A stretch of DNA of 64,000 nucleotides from Octopus sinensis. Lineage: Eukaryota. Below the pieces are notes generated by a model. It saw nothing but the letters and a program-made list of their open reading frames with translations, had not been told where the DNA came from and did not search any database. This document shows, one piece after another, positions 63,905 to 64,000 of the stretch (position 1 is the first letter of the stretch; every line of letters begins with the position of its first letter). The stretch spans positions 82,956,001 to 83,020,000 of the forward strand of contig NC_043001.1 of NCBI RefSeq assembly GCF_006345805.1, in the 5' to 3' direction. Both the position numbers and the translations under genes were made by a program.

Positions 63905-64000
63905 TTACCATGGCTGTGTCGTAAGAAGCTTGCTTCCCAGACACATGGTTCTGGGTTCATTCCCACTGCATCTTGGGTCAGTGCCTTCTGCTATAGCCTC
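63905..64000 (+). mobile_element. Family B SINE 5' part, running off the window
   Basis: TGGCTGTGTCGTAAGAAGCTTGCTTCCCAG..GGTTCTGGGTTCATTCCCACTGC..TTCTGCTATAGCCTC. Confidence 0.8.

Overview
This is AT-rich, repeat-saturated eukaryotic DNA, intergenic or deep-intronic. The repeat families look like those of an octopod cephalopod (Octopus sp.); that call is from recall of the families, not from a search. No intact protein-coding gene is recognisable, and nearly all ORF-track entries are translated microsatellites or degenerate trinucleotide tracts. Supported content: (1) dozens of tRNA-derived SINEs of at least three families, often nested or in tandem; (2) relics of non-LTR retrotransposons (CRE-like, two R4/Dong-like REL elements, CR1, two RTE tails); (3) at least four Penelope-like element (PLE) relics with GIY-YIG or ORF fragments; (4) DNA transposons (a full-length Tc1 copy with DD36E spacing, a rosa-like mariner, a Tc1 fragment, a hAT MITE with a perfect 8-bp TSD, a non-autonomous Helitron). 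Two patterns stand out. First, about ten minimal hammerhead-ribozyme-like motifs occur, three of them inside head-to-head fold-back palindromes with the ribozymes pointing outward; the cleanest is at 3739-3783. Second, one SINE family repeatedly forms multimers through one precise palindromic junction (GAAATA-GG-TATTTC) at six sites. A few candidate exons are listed at low confidence. All alignments and counts were done by eye.
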